A stretch of DNA of 63,814 nt, counting the filler, from Dugesia japonica (taxonomy: Eukaryota): the NCBI GenBank assembly GCA_001938525.1. It is 5 parts of 5 records of this genome, joined end to end, with 100 filler letters (N's around TTAATTAATTAA, not from the genome) between each part and the next. Parts side by side here need not be neighbours in the genome. Positions count along the whole stretch, not along the records: positions 1 to 19,795 come from MQRL01648556.1; 4 more parts are not named here. One strand, written 5' to 3'. The notes under the pieces were generated by a model, which was not told where the DNA came from, ran no database searches, and saw nothing but the letters and a program-made list of their open reading frames with translations. Positions 1 through 11,793 of the stretch are shown here, piece by piece. The position numbers and the translations under genes were made by a program. Position 1 is the stretch's first letter, and every line of letters starts with the position of its first letter.

Positions 1-537
1 TTATAAATTGTTTGTTCTTTCCACGGTTGCTTCGAAAAAATTAAATTCTTTTCTAAACGTGCTAACATTAACGATTTCTTGTGATTTTTGCACAACCTCT
101 TTTTCAATAGTTATGTTGTTAACCAACTTCAATGGACTCAGAAAGAACCTTTTTTGTATCAGGGAATTTTTGCAAAAAAATTGAACATCGTCTTGGTGAT
201 GAGTCGATAAATGCTTTAGTATTTCTAAAATACTATTTTCTTTCGAAAAAAGAGAAAAGGTTTTCAATAAACATTATTTTTACTTAACTATATTTATACT
301 ATTTTAATAAACTGTGCCTTTTTTATTAATTTTTCAATCTAAATTGGAATAAAAATAAAAACTATGTAAAAATCTTTATTTAGTGGCGTTTTTCAGCAAA
401 GTATTGCAATAAAGGAGATTTTATTATAGACTTAATTTTTTTCTTTAAAAGCCCGGTTTTTACCGGTTAACCGCGTTTTAGATTGGAAAAAACCGTAAAA
501 CTGGTGTTACAAGAAATTCGGTTTTTTGCAAACCCTA
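1..537 (-). mobile_element. hAT-family DNA transposon remnant with one terminus
   Basis: ORF 1..267 ends FRKEFNFFEATVERTNNL, resembling the segment just before the hAT dimerisation motif (compare IQREMTLYENGGRRGDDLE at about 43200). 519-537 reads TAGGGTTTGCAAAAAACCG on the - strand, a hAT-like TIR, with ACCGG-rich subterminal motifs at 450-510. Confidence 0.5.
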
Positions 538-679
538 ATTTCTTAATCTAACTTTCCTGAAATGAGGCATGATGCCATAATTCCTCAGTTTTGTGAAGGA
601 AAATCCAGAAATAAGACCGGATCGTAATTTATAGAAAACACAGTATTATGTAATTTTTATCTAGTTTTTCTATTAGCAG

Positions 680-1826
680 TTAAAAATATGGAAAAAGAGA
701 GTATAAAAATCATAAAAAGAGAATATAAAAATGATTAAAAAAGAATTTAATGGAAAAAATAATAAAAATGGTAAATGCAATCTATAAAATGGGAAAAAAG
801 TGAATTTAAAAATCGAAAAAGCAATGTGTAAAAATGGAAAAAAGAGATTATAAAAATGGAAAAATCAGCGCATAAATATGTAAAAAACAACGTATAAATA
901 TGGGGGGATTCAAAAAGGGGAAAAGCAATCTTTAAACATGGAAAAATCAACTAATAAAAATGGAAAAAAATAGATTATAAAAATATAAAAAGCAATTTAT
1001 TAAAATGGAAAAAAGTGAATTTAAAAATGGAAAAAAAAGATAATAAAAATGAAAAAGGCTATGTATAAAAATGGAAAAAAAGATAATAAAAATGAAAAAA
1101 AGAGATTATAAAAATGGAAAAGGCAACGTATAAAAATTGAAAAAAAAGATTATAAAAATATAAAAATCAATTTATAAAAATGGAAAAGCTATTTAGAAAA
1201 ATTGCAAAAAGTGATTATAAAAATGGAAAAAGCAACGTATAAATATGGAAAAAGCAACGTATAAAAATGGAAAAAAGAGATTATAAAAATGGAAAAAGCA
1301 ATTTATAAAAATGGAAAAGCTATTTAGAAAAATTGCAAAAAGTGATTATAAAAATGGAAAAAGCAGCGTATAAATATGGAAAAAGCAACGTATAAAAATG
1401 GAAAAAAAAGAATATAAAAATATAAAAAGCAATTTATAAAAATGGAAAAAAGTGAATTTAAAAATGGAAAAAAAAGATAATAAAAATGAAAAAAAGAGAT
1501 AATAAAAATGGAAAAAGCAACGTATAAAAATTGAAAAAAAAGATTATAAAAATATAAAAATCAATTTATAAAAATGGAAAAGCTATTTAGAAAAATTGCA
1601 AAAAGTGATTATAAAAATGGAAAAAGCAGCGTATAAATATGGAAAAAGCAACGTATAAAAATGGAAAAAAAAGATTATAAAAATGGAAAAAGCAATTTAT
1701 AAAAATGGAAAAAGCAATTTATAAAAATGGGAAAAGCAATTTATAAAAAATTGACAAAGCTATTTATGAAAATGGAAAAGGCGACGTATAAAAATTGAAA
1801 AAGCTATTTAGAAAAATGGAAAAATC
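680..1826. repeat. Degenerate ~21-22 bp minisatellite (AAAAATGGAAAAAGCAATTTAT-like)
   Basis: Dozens of tandem variants are visible. The array is bracketed by a ~75-bp direct repeat (AAATAAGACCGG..TCTATTAGCAGTT at about 609-681 and 1828-1906). Confidence 0.85.
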
Positions 1827-2029
1827 AAAATAAGACCGGTCGTAATTTAGAGAAAACACGGTATTATGTAATTTTTATCTAGTGGGGCGTTTTTCTATTA
1901 GCAGTTTATAAAAATAGAATAAAGAGCTTATAAAAATAGAAAAAGAGATTATATAAATATATTCCTAAAACATATTCCTGGAGAAGAGAATTGTCGAAAA
2001 TTTGAATATCTATAAAAATACATTTTATT

Positions 2030-2137
2030 TTGATCGAAGCTTTTTCTTTATTTTAATGAAATAATAATCTCAAAAGCGATCAATGGTTAACTGCCCAACA
2101 ATTATTCTCACAATTATTCTTCTTGTAATTATAAAAC
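2030..2137 (+). repeat. Dispersed ~100-bp repeat, copy 1
   Basis: TGATCGAAGC..AATGAAAT..CTCAAA..GATCAATGGTTAA..CCAACAATTATTC recurs at 46318-46410 (same strand) and 15655-15747 (reverse complement). Confidence 0.75.
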
Positions 2138-3919
2138 TGTATGTATATACTTGAAAATTTACATTTTTCATTTCAAAAAAAATAAAAATAAGTATGAGAA
2201 AGATAACACAACACGCGGTATGAAAATACATGATTGATTTAAAGTAAAGTAAAATAATATTCAAACAAATTGTATTGTTAAGGAAGAAAAAATAAAAAAT
2301 TACTTGGTGAAATGTAAATTTGAAAAATCTGGAAAATCGTATTTGAACACGTAATATTATTCTTTATTGAGCAATTTGAAATTTCCTATTTTCATTTGAC
2401 ATACTTCTCTCCTTTTATTCTTCTGGAAAAAATTTTTTCATTCTTCGGAAATCAATAATTATTTTTCTAGTTTTGATGATTTTTGATGAATTTTTCACGT
2501 CTCATACTTTTCTCTGATAGGATTTACCAACCTTTTATTACAATCAACTGATTTCAAATTTGTTTCAATCCCCATTTATGATGATCCCATGCCATTTCTA
2601 TTATTAGGTGAGATTTTGGTAGGAACTCATTTCAATTGGTTTCCTTTTCATGTTCCTTTAAACTTATTACAAAGTTGCATATTTTATTTCATTAGAAGTA
2701 TGCAAGTAAAACTAATTTTCCCATAAATATTTTGCAAGATGAGTCCAAAATTTATATAATTATTTCACGATCTCTCAGCACCGTTGATATGGTTATTCGA
2801 GGAAAAAATAAATTTGCATTTTATACTTTTCCATTTTATATTCTACGTTGCTATTGAATTTCCTTAAGTCTCTCACAAGTTTTAGTAGTGCCGTGTGTCA
2901 CCACTCCCAGCGAGAACAAAGCATTTTATTTTTTCAATTTCCAGCCAAATGGAACCAAGGTCGAGTTGATAAGATCAAAAATGTCGGCGGGCAAGTTGTA
3001 ATTCCTCGATCCTTAATAACGTTTTACCGCCATTCTTGATTGGGCTGGAGGTTCTTCTATAAGACCTGTCGTGTCTTTACGCATCCAACGATACTTTTTG
3101 CGATACTCTCCGGCTGAAAAAGGTCGATAACAAAGTTTGAACTCCCGCGCATGAATTTCTATACACAAATTTCAGCACCAGGTTAAAGGTCAGCCCAGTA
3201 TATTCCGGCATCAGTGGGGGGAGGGGGGTACAATGCGCCAGAAAGTATATACTATTATCAATTAGTATGAGTGATATGGTTTTACAATGGTAAGTTTTAG
3301 TCTGATTAATTTTTGCAGAGATCAGGAGCGACCACTTTCTCGAGTTGCTTCGCTCTAACTTCACTCCAACACCTAATTACTTGTTCCAGATCTGCTCCAT
3401 ACTCCGAATAGTTTTAATAGGATTCATATTGTTTATCTTCTTTATTTATTTAATTTATTAATTTTATTAATATATGTAATATTAATGATAATAAATAAAT
3501 AATGATAGATATATGATCTTTATAATTGTCGTCGTTGATTCTTTCGAATATAATTGCTGATAAAGAAATCGTCTTTCATACTTTACCGTTGTTCATCAAA
3601 CACAACTTTTAATGCGGAAAAAATTCATTCTGCACTTTCTTAAGTTGTGATACAACTCTGTGTTCTGCTCTAATCCTTTTTGGGTAAATGTCAAAAACTT
3701 CAAATACAAACTTTATTCTAAATCTACCTACAATTTCTAAAACATTACAATTTTTTTTGTTTATTGTTTGATTTCAAAAAGCATTTTTTACATCACATAT
3801 TGCAGTTACTCGTGATGTAATTTTTTTTTAATTTTTTCCCAAAATCGTTGTTTTCTAAGGAATTTGTGTGTTTACTAATATTTTGAAATGATTCTTCTGT
3901 CAAATCAAAAATATTTTGT

Positions 3920-4070
3920 TCAAGTCAGTAAGAAATCTCTATAAGATCTTCTCTTGTTTCCAATTTCTGCTGTACATTTAGTAACATAATGTATCTTGGA
4001 TCTACATATACTACAGCAAGAAAATGTTTGTTTTCAAAAAGCTTTTCGTATTTTCATGAAAGATATCGAA
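3920..4070 (-). pseudogene. hAT transposase fragment
   Basis: Manual - strand translation FENKHFLAVVYVDPRYIMLLN resembles the hAT A-x-x-L/V-D-P-R-Y/F motif. Confidence 0.4.
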
Positions 4071-4232
4071 GCAATTGAACACAACTAATTTCTGTGCTCC
4101 TACTACGCTCCAGATCTCTGATATTTTGTATTATTCCGATATTGAACATTAGCAATTATTTTCCAAAATTTCTAATCTACTTATTTACTGCTTTATCAAA
4201 ATGTTTATCAATACTTGTTATTATAATCACAG

Positions 4233-4987
4233 GCTCGTGTTAATTCACACATGGCTAAACTAGAAGCAACGAAACAGTCTGAACAATTAGGGAAAACTGT
4301 CACCTCGTTTGAGAAACTAAAATTAGACACTTTCCAAAATGTTCTTCGATCTTTTGTTCATGTTGAAATGCTTTGGCATATGCGTGCTCTGGAACGTTAC
4401 ACTGAAGCCTATAAATCATTAAATGGGATTGACACTCTGGGAGACCAAAATCAATTTATTGATAGCATCAACAAAAATCACTTCAAAGACTTTCTCAATC
4501 AGTCTACCACCAGTTTAAATATGGCAGGACGCCGAAGTCAATCGATGACCAATCTCAAAACAACAAACTCGTCGAGTCAGGGAGATTTAACGAATAAAAA
4601 CGAATTGAGAAACTCTGTAACATTTGAGGATCAATATACTCGATCGAGAAGTCTTCAGAACCCGAATACAAATTCTGCTGGTGCTCCTAGCGGTTCAATC
4701 ATGCGTCCGGGAACATCTCAAATGAATATCAATCAAAGCAAGCCTCCTGTAGCGAATGGACATGGAAGCAATGCTCATGGTAACAGCAGTGATGAAGATG
4801 AATACACAGAAGTGAGACAATTTGAATGATTCGCTGAAATTAGATGTTATTAAATTATCGATTTCAGGGTTCCTCGGATTACACAAATGACGACGATGAT
4901 GATGATTTGGGTACCTCGAGGACGGCATCAGCGAGAAGTTCGAATAAAAACGCAAATCCGCCTGTTGCGGCGAAGCGGACCAAATAA
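4233..4987 (+). CDS. FAM92: FAM92/CIBAR BAR-domain ciliary protein, last two coding exons (4233-4811, 4868-4987); upstream exons not found in the window
   Basis: TVTSFEKLKLDTFQNVLRSFVHVEMLWHMRALERYTEAYKSLNGID matches the FAM92 BAR C-terminal helix pattern (F-E-x-x-K...F-x-x-x-E-M-L-x-H-x-x-A-L-E-x-Y-T-x-A-Y). Acceptor CACAG ends at 4232. A phase-0 56-bp intron GTGAG..TTTCAG (4812-4867) leads to an acidic tail GSSDYTNDDDDDD..KRTK with TAA at 4985-4987. Confidence 0.85.
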
Positions 4988-5084
4988 TGAAGAGTCAGAA
5001 TAACTATGTTATACATTATGATGATTGTGTAGTTGATCAAATATATCTTATTGTTATCTTATCTTTACTTGCAGTTCTTGTTCA

Positions 5085-6300
5085 TGTTTCGTTTTGTTTT
5101 GTTTGTTTTGGTTTTGTTTATTTTGGTTTTGTTTATTTTGGTTTTGTTTGTTTTGGTTTTGTTTGTTTTGGTTTTGTTTATTTTGGATTTGTTTGTTTTG
5201 GTTTTGTTTATTTTGGTTTTGTTTGTTTTGGTTTTGTTTGTTTTGGTTTTGTTTGTTTTGGTTTTGTTTATTTTGGATTTGTTTGTTTTGGTTTTGTTTG
5301 TTTGGTTGTTTTGGTTTTGTTTGTTTTGATTTTGTTTGTTTTGATTTTGTTTGTTTTGGTTTTGTTTATTTTGGTTTTGTATGTTTTGGTTTTGCTTGTT
5401 TTGGTTTTGTTTATTTTGGNNNNNNNNNNNNNNNNNNNNNNNNNNNNNNNNNNNNNNNNNNNNNNNNNNNNNNNNNNNNNNNNNNNNNNNNNNNNNNNNN
5501 NNNNNNNNNNNNNNNNNNNNNNNNNNNNNNNNNNNNNNNNNNNNNNNNNNNNNNNTTTGTTTGTTTTGGTTTTGTTTGGTTGTTTTGGTTTTGTTTATTT
5601 TGGTTTTGTTTGTTTTGGTTTTGTTTGTTTTGGTTTTGATTGTTTTGATTTTGTTTGTTTTGGTTTTGTTTATTTTGGTTTTCTTTATTTTGGTTTTGTT
5701 TGTTTTGGTTTTGTTTGTTTTGGTTTTGTTTGTTTTAGTTTTGTTTGTTTTGATTTTGTTTATTTGGTTGTTTTGGTTTTGTTTGTTTTAGTTTTGTTTG
5801 TTTTGATTTTGTTTATTTGGTTGTTTTGGTTTTGTTTATTTTGGTTTTGTTTGTTTTGGTTTTGTTTGTTTTGGTTTTGTTTNNNNNNNNNNNNNNNNNN
5901 NNNNNNNNNNNNNNNNNNNNNNNNNTTGTTTTGGTTTTGTTTATTTTGGTTTTGTTTGTTTTGGTTTTGTTTGTTTTGGTTTTGTTTGTTTTGGTTTTGC
6001 TTGTTTTGGTTTTGTTTATTTTGGTTTTGTTTGTTTTGGTTTTGTTTGTTTTGGTTTTGTTTGTTTTGGTTTTGTTTATTTTGGTTTTGTTTGTTTTGAT
6101 TTTGTTTGTTTTGGTTTTGTTTGGTTTAGTTTTGATTGTTTTGGTTTGTTTTGGTTTTGTTTGTTTTGATTTTGTTTGTTTTGGTTTTGTTTGTTTTGAT
6201 TTTGTTTGTTTTGGTTTTGTTTGTTTTGGTTTTGTTTGTTTTGGTTTTGTTTGTTTTGATTTTGTTTGTTTTGGTTTTGCTTGTTTTGGTTTTGTTTATT
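5085..6300. repeat. 15-bp G/T-rich minisatellite (GTTTTGTTTGTTTTG)n with N gaps
   Basis: Directly visible. It generates the spurious FVCFG/LFWFC/VLVLF ORFs. Confidence 0.95.
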
Positions 6301-7399
6301 ATGTTTTTGTATTGTTTATTTATTCATTCATAACATGTCTCAGAGCAGCTTCTTTACAATAATAATATAATTAAGCACTTTGAAATGAATTAGAGTGATA
6401 TATTTTCATTTCTCGGACAGTTTAGTGTAGTTCTCCGCGAATAAAGTAAACCAATGTCAATCAGTATAATTTAGAATCAAACTGTCACATAAATTATCCA
6501 TTGACAACCAAGTAAATATAATCAGTTTCATTTCTAGCTTTTGTGAAAACTCCCCCATAACTCTGGGATAAAATCTCAATATTCACTTTTCGTATTATTG
6601 CCTCATTTTTTCTAAGTTATTCTTTTTACAATCACGTATTTGCTAAACGGATCTATCAATCCAAGAATGTATCTTTTTCTTTCACTCGTTTCTCTTATAG
6701 CATTTGAATACGACTTCAAACAGATTCGTAAATAATCAAGAAGTAGAATAATTATGTAATGCATTATTATGATGAGGTAGTTAATCAAATTGATTTAATT
6801 ATCCTCTCTTTATTTGCAATTATTATTTTGTTTTGATTATCTATTTATTATTTGATAACATGTCTCAAACCAGTTTATTTACAATGATAACATTAATAAC
6901 AACATTGAAATGGATATGAAAAATATTTTTTCATTTTTGGGAACTGTGTTTTAGTTCTTCAATTAATTAATTTATTGATATTCTTACTCATTTTGAAGTG
7001 AAAAGGTTCATTTGTTGAATCAATTCTCATCAATAATCAATCTACCACAATGTAGAGAATATTTATATTTCATGATCACGAAAAAGATTCATTTATGAAT
7101 ATTGTTAGAATTATTAGTTTCGTCATTTTAGTAAATTTCAAATTAACACTATCAAATCAAAACTTTATTAAATATAGCAAGAATATTAAACAAATATAGT
7201 TTAGTAATATAGAAATAGGTGGTTTATGAGTAGCAATCTGTCTGTGATCAAAGAAAACGCTTAGAAATAAAACATTTGCAGACATTTTTTAATTAAACTT
7301 TAATTTTACAAAAGAAAAGATAAAAAGATACATACTTACCGTCGATGTGGAATGAAAATGAGTTTTAATAAAAGGGTTCTTAACAACAAACCCGCCTTT

Positions 7400-7740
7400 T
7401 AGATCCTACATTTTTGTCTTATTCGATTGTTTGCTCAGGATCTTCTGAGAAGATCTTATTTTTATCGACATCAACGCCTTATACCTGCTTTGTTTATTCT
7501 GGTTACCCAATTGACGTCAACGTTGACAAAGTTTTTTTTCTCAAATGCCAAACGTAAACGAGCTTAAAACCCGTAAACTGTTTCTAATGTCTTTGCATAT
7601 TCTTCCAAGAAATTTTCATCTAGCAAACATGAAATTAATCGTTCCTGTTATCTCTTCTGTGAATTGCTGTTAGAAACAAAATATCATTTACAACGCTTTA
7701 TGAATTTTGATGTCATCTTCTTTATAGAACACATTTGGTA
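7400..7740 (-). pseudogene. Ty3/Gypsy gag N-terminal fragment
   Basis: The - strand gives LPNVFYKEDD..QERLISCLLDENFLEEYAKT..RLRLAFE, homologous to the gag start at 53325 (LPKIFCRGDDL..RLITCILDEELME..RLRLAFK). Confidence 0.6.
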
Positions 7741-8449
7741 ATAACCCATATTTAACAATAACCCATTTTTATTAACAATAAAAAGATAAATAATTAATTA
7801 AATATATGGCAATAGAAACAGTTGTATATTAATAATTATTTTTCACAATTGCTGGAAGTTGAAATCCTTCATAATTATTTTGTCTAGCGTTTTTTAATTA
7901 TATATTTAAATCGATACTATAGCAAGATTCCCGAATGTCAATAAAATATATATTATCAGGTGGACTCTACACGTGAGCCCACTGCTGTGTTTGAGCTTGA
8001 ATATCTTTGAGATAGAATTCCAGTTTCATTAGTCAAAAAATATCGACATATCTATTTTTATGGTTTCTTAATCTTGGACCTCCTGCCTATTCAAATGATT
8101 TTGAAGAGATTGGAATAAATAATAATCCGATGGTGTGATGTCAGGAAAATATGGTGAATGTAGTAAGACTAAGTTTCTACTTCTTATCCTTGGTCAATTG
8201 AGTAGTGTGTGGTCTCTAATTATCGTTTTGCACGACCACAATTTGCTATTATATTTATTATTTGCTATTATGTTATCTATTAGTTAGAGCAGGCATGATA
8301 TTTTGACATAATCTCTCTAATTATTGAGCGTTCATGATAAAAGTTTCATCCATTAGTTCTTAAAACACAATACCATAGATATCCTGTCATAAAGACAATA
8401 ATTATTTTACAAGGTGTTAACCAATTTGACAGTTGTTAGAGTTGTTTGA

Positions 8450-8920
8450 TTAAAAATTGCCTATCTCTTTTCTTGTTGACATACAGAACCCATTTTTAAT
8501 CTCCAGTTAATAAGCAATCAAAAAATTGGTTAGTTTGTATTCTAGGGTGGTTGTTCTTTGAATTCAATTCTCAAAGGTTGGCTTATGCCGAATGCAAACA
8601 CTCAGCTTACAGATTTATTTATATATTTTTCAATTGATTACAAATCGTTTTCTAATCAAAATCAAACGTGTTGGCGAAATCATATGTCGATTGATGAGAG
8701 TTTAATTTAACATTTGTACGAAAAAAATGTTGTCATTTACTGGAAGTAATTCCCTTTATGGGTTCTTTTCCTTTTGGGTTCTTTTCCAGATCAAAACTTT
8801 CTTTCCGATGACATCTGGATATAAGCACAAATATTATTGGTCTCTATCGTTGCGTTAACATTGCTCTTAAACTGGAAAAGCATGCAATATCAAATATGCT
8901 TTTTAGTAAATTCTGACTTT
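8450..8920 (-). pseudogene. mariner transposase 5' half, decayed
   Basis: The - strand gives KKHI*YCMLFQF (mariner N-terminus) and FFDCLLTGD*KWVLYVNKKRDRQ (the TGDEKW first catalytic Asp motif). Confidence 0.65.
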
Positions 8921-10039
8921 GAACTATAATTTTAAAAGTTAATAAGATTAATTTTATGAATAATTAAAGTTATTATTCTTACTAATTGATTATTAAATTT
9001 AAATGCTTGCAAGTGAAATTATATTATTTCCACAATTTCATAAAAATGATATACCAAAGAGACGTAATTACTTATTCCTTAACCCAATATTTATTTTCAT
9101 TATAATAAATCTAAATTATGATAAGTAAAAAATTGAGAAAATTTGTTTCTTAATTTTCTTAATAACAGTTTCTCTAACGATGTAAAATAATTTTTTAATC
9201 TTATTGAAAACTCACTTTTCTATTTCAAAATCTAAATTTCTAGAATTTTAAAATCCGTTTGGAATTAATGAACACAAATCAAAATTCATAACACAAGATG
9301 TCGCCGGTTTGTACCACGTATTATTGTTTCAAAAATTGGTACCTAAAAATGATCCTTTTAACGGAAAATTTCATGAATATAATCATTATTTGGATTTTGA
9401 CTTTGTGAAAGTTTTTCACTCAAAATTTATAAAAAATAAAAATAAATAAAAAACGAATCCAGTGATAAAGCTGATGAAAATACGGCAAAGTGAAGAAAGC
9501 ATCATTTATCGTATATATGGACACCTTTGATGTATTAATATCAATAAACGTTAGTGGCACTAAAGTTGATTCTTTGTAATTCATTGTGAAAGAGTTTACG
9601 AAATTTAATGTGTTATAAGTACCAAGATAGATTAACACACTAGCTCTCTAGAAAATTTTGACATATAAAAGATTATAACTTTTTTATTTTAGTGGATTCA
9701 CGTATTTCTTGATGCAGTACATTGCTCATACATATGTCAAACTGTGAAGAATACTTATTTTATTGTGATTTATCTAGCAGGTTTTTTATTTGACTTCTGA
9801 TTTTTGAGATTTGTCTGAATCTGTGATTTTCATTTCTTCTTTGATGTTTTCTTTGGAATTTATTTATAATTTATTTTTTATTCTTTGAAATATTATTTTT
9901 TCATATATTTGTTATTTAGTTTACTTTATTTTTCCTAATTCATTCCATTTTATGTATTTGTGCTTTTTATATTTTTTGGTTTCCATTTATTTCATTTACT
10001 GGTTTCATTGATATATTAGTATACCATAATTTTTTAAAT

Positions 10040-10523
10040 CTGGGTGAAAATATTACCATTGATAAATACTGCCACCAGATCGAAGAAATTCATGAAAAAT
10101 TGCAACGCATTGCCCTTCATTGATCAACAAAAAGAGTGCAATTATGTTGCACGATAATACCTGCCCATAAATTTCATAAAGAATGCCGCAGAAATTAAAA
10201 GAGTATGGCTACGAAATTTTGCCTCATCCTCAATACTTGCTAATCCTCTAACCAGCAGACTTCAATTTGTCTATACACCAAGAAAACTTCTTGCCGGAAA
10301 GTTACTTTAAAAAACCGAACTGATGCCGAAACGACCTACGATGAGTTCCTAACCTCCAGATACTCAGCCTTTTACTAAAAAAGTATCAATGAACTTCTTT
10401 TACGTTAGTAGAAGTGTATTGAATCTGTCGGTTTTTATCTCAATTAATATAGATTATTTTGAGCCGAGATACAGAAATTTTTTTATAATTAAAAAGCAAC
10501 ATTATTTTTGCTCCAACCTAATA
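10040..10523 (+). mobile_element. mariner (DD34D) 3' half with right TIR
   Basis: GENITIDKYCHQI..IMLHDN..GYEILPHPQY..PADF..KCIE..GFY with stops and frameshifts, ending in TTTTTGCTCCAACCTAATA, a typical mariner terminus. Confidence 0.85.
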
Positions 10524-10841
10524 ATTGACATTAAAGATAACATTTGGTCCATTTAAAAATAATTTTTAACTCTCCTCGTCGCAACTTTAATATTTTAAGT
10601 TTAAACAATTCTCTACACATTTAAGATATAGTATCTGAATTAAAAATCGTATGAAAAATTATACATTAAATGAAAATTTTTAAAATTCAGTGTAATTTAT
10701 GTGTATTCTGTTTGTAAGTTTAGATTCAAATTAATTCAAAATATTAAATCAATTTGCAATTGATTTTTTAATGTAAAAATTTAATAACTTTGTTTTAATA
10801 TTCGGAAGAATAAGTTAATAAATTGCAGTAATTTTATTGAA

Positions 10842-11285
10842 ATGGAATTTAATGAATCTGAACAACAGCTTATTGAATTATTTAAGAAACGCGATAGTCT
10901 TGTTGTAAGATTTTTAATTTTAATTATAAAATAATTGTGTAGAATTCTTTAAAAAACCTAGAAAATCAAATTTACAATTTAGAAGGTAACTATTTGGAAG
11001 AAACATCTCAATATGGAAATATAATTAAAGGATGGGATAGGAATAATGTTAGATTGTCTTATAAAGTTACACCAAATAGTCATGGATATAGAAAATTTAA
11101 AGAATCTGATAGATTATTTTCCATGTCTTCAGCAACTTTTCAGAAATCTGTTTATTTCTTGTTATAAATAAATAAATATAACTATTTTTCAGATTGAAGA
11201 AAATGAAAATGTAGGAATCGAAGCTTATAAAGACCACAAATATTTACCTCATCACAAATTTGAAAAAAACTTACCAAGAAAATAA
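10842..11285 (+). CDS. EAF6: EAF6/MEAF6, NuA4/MOZ histone acetyltransferase subunit; 3 exons (10842-10904, 10943-11149, 11193-11285), about 120 aa
   Basis: The spliced translation contains [30 protein letters not shown] and [14 protein letters not shown], the Eaf6 signature. Phase-0 GT-AG introns of 38 and 43 bp. Missed by the ORF track. Confidence 0.9.
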
Positions 11286-11465
11286 TATAATAAATTATTA
11301 GTTTTAGTTGAATTTTCCTTTATTTATTTTCTCAACAATTTTTTAAATAATTCCATTTCTAAAAATTTTATAATTAACTTTATTATCACTTTACAGAACA
11401 TTTAATTTGTTACTGAGATTTTATTTTTCTGTGTAATTCAACCAAAAACAGTTAATTAACAATAA

Positions 11466-11793
11466 ATGGTCGTCCATAAATGAGGTCACACAATTTTGTT
11501 TTATTTTTGAACCTTTCCCTCGTCAATTCATCGTATAACGTTTGTATCCATCAATATGACTTCACAAAAAGTCTTTGTTATATTTTATCTTTGACCCAGG
11601 AGTGATAAGAAGATTAAAAGCACGACAAATAATATTTACACATGAAAATTTGCAATAATCCGATAAATAATATTTAATTTGGATTCTATAATATCGCTAT
11701 TAAGCGGAAAATAAATCTTATGTTGCCCTCTTCCTCATCGTCTTAATTCGTCACAAATATATTTAATCCCCAACGTCATTTATGGACAACCCT
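11466..11793. mobile_element. MITE / non-autonomous DNA transposon (~330 bp)
   Basis: Imperfect TIRs GGTCGTCCATAAATGAGGT (11468) and ACGTCATTTATGGACAACCC (11773-11792), with no coding capacity between. Confidence 0.7.

Noticed and set aside
680-1826. Regularly spaced repeats as a possible CRISPR array
   Set aside because: Degenerate tandem units without unique spacers, eukaryotic context, and no cas genes. The same applies to 39170-40950 and 59820-61120.
5085-6300. G/T-strand repeat as a telomere or interstitial telomeric sequence
   Set aside because: The 15-bp unit has no GGG run and does not match TTAGGG-type repeats.
4987-6362. Long hydrophobic ORFs (370, 181, 146 aa and others) resembling membrane or Cys-rich proteins
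   Set aside because: Translations of a stop-free 15-bp G/T minisatellite and N gaps; open in all three frames.
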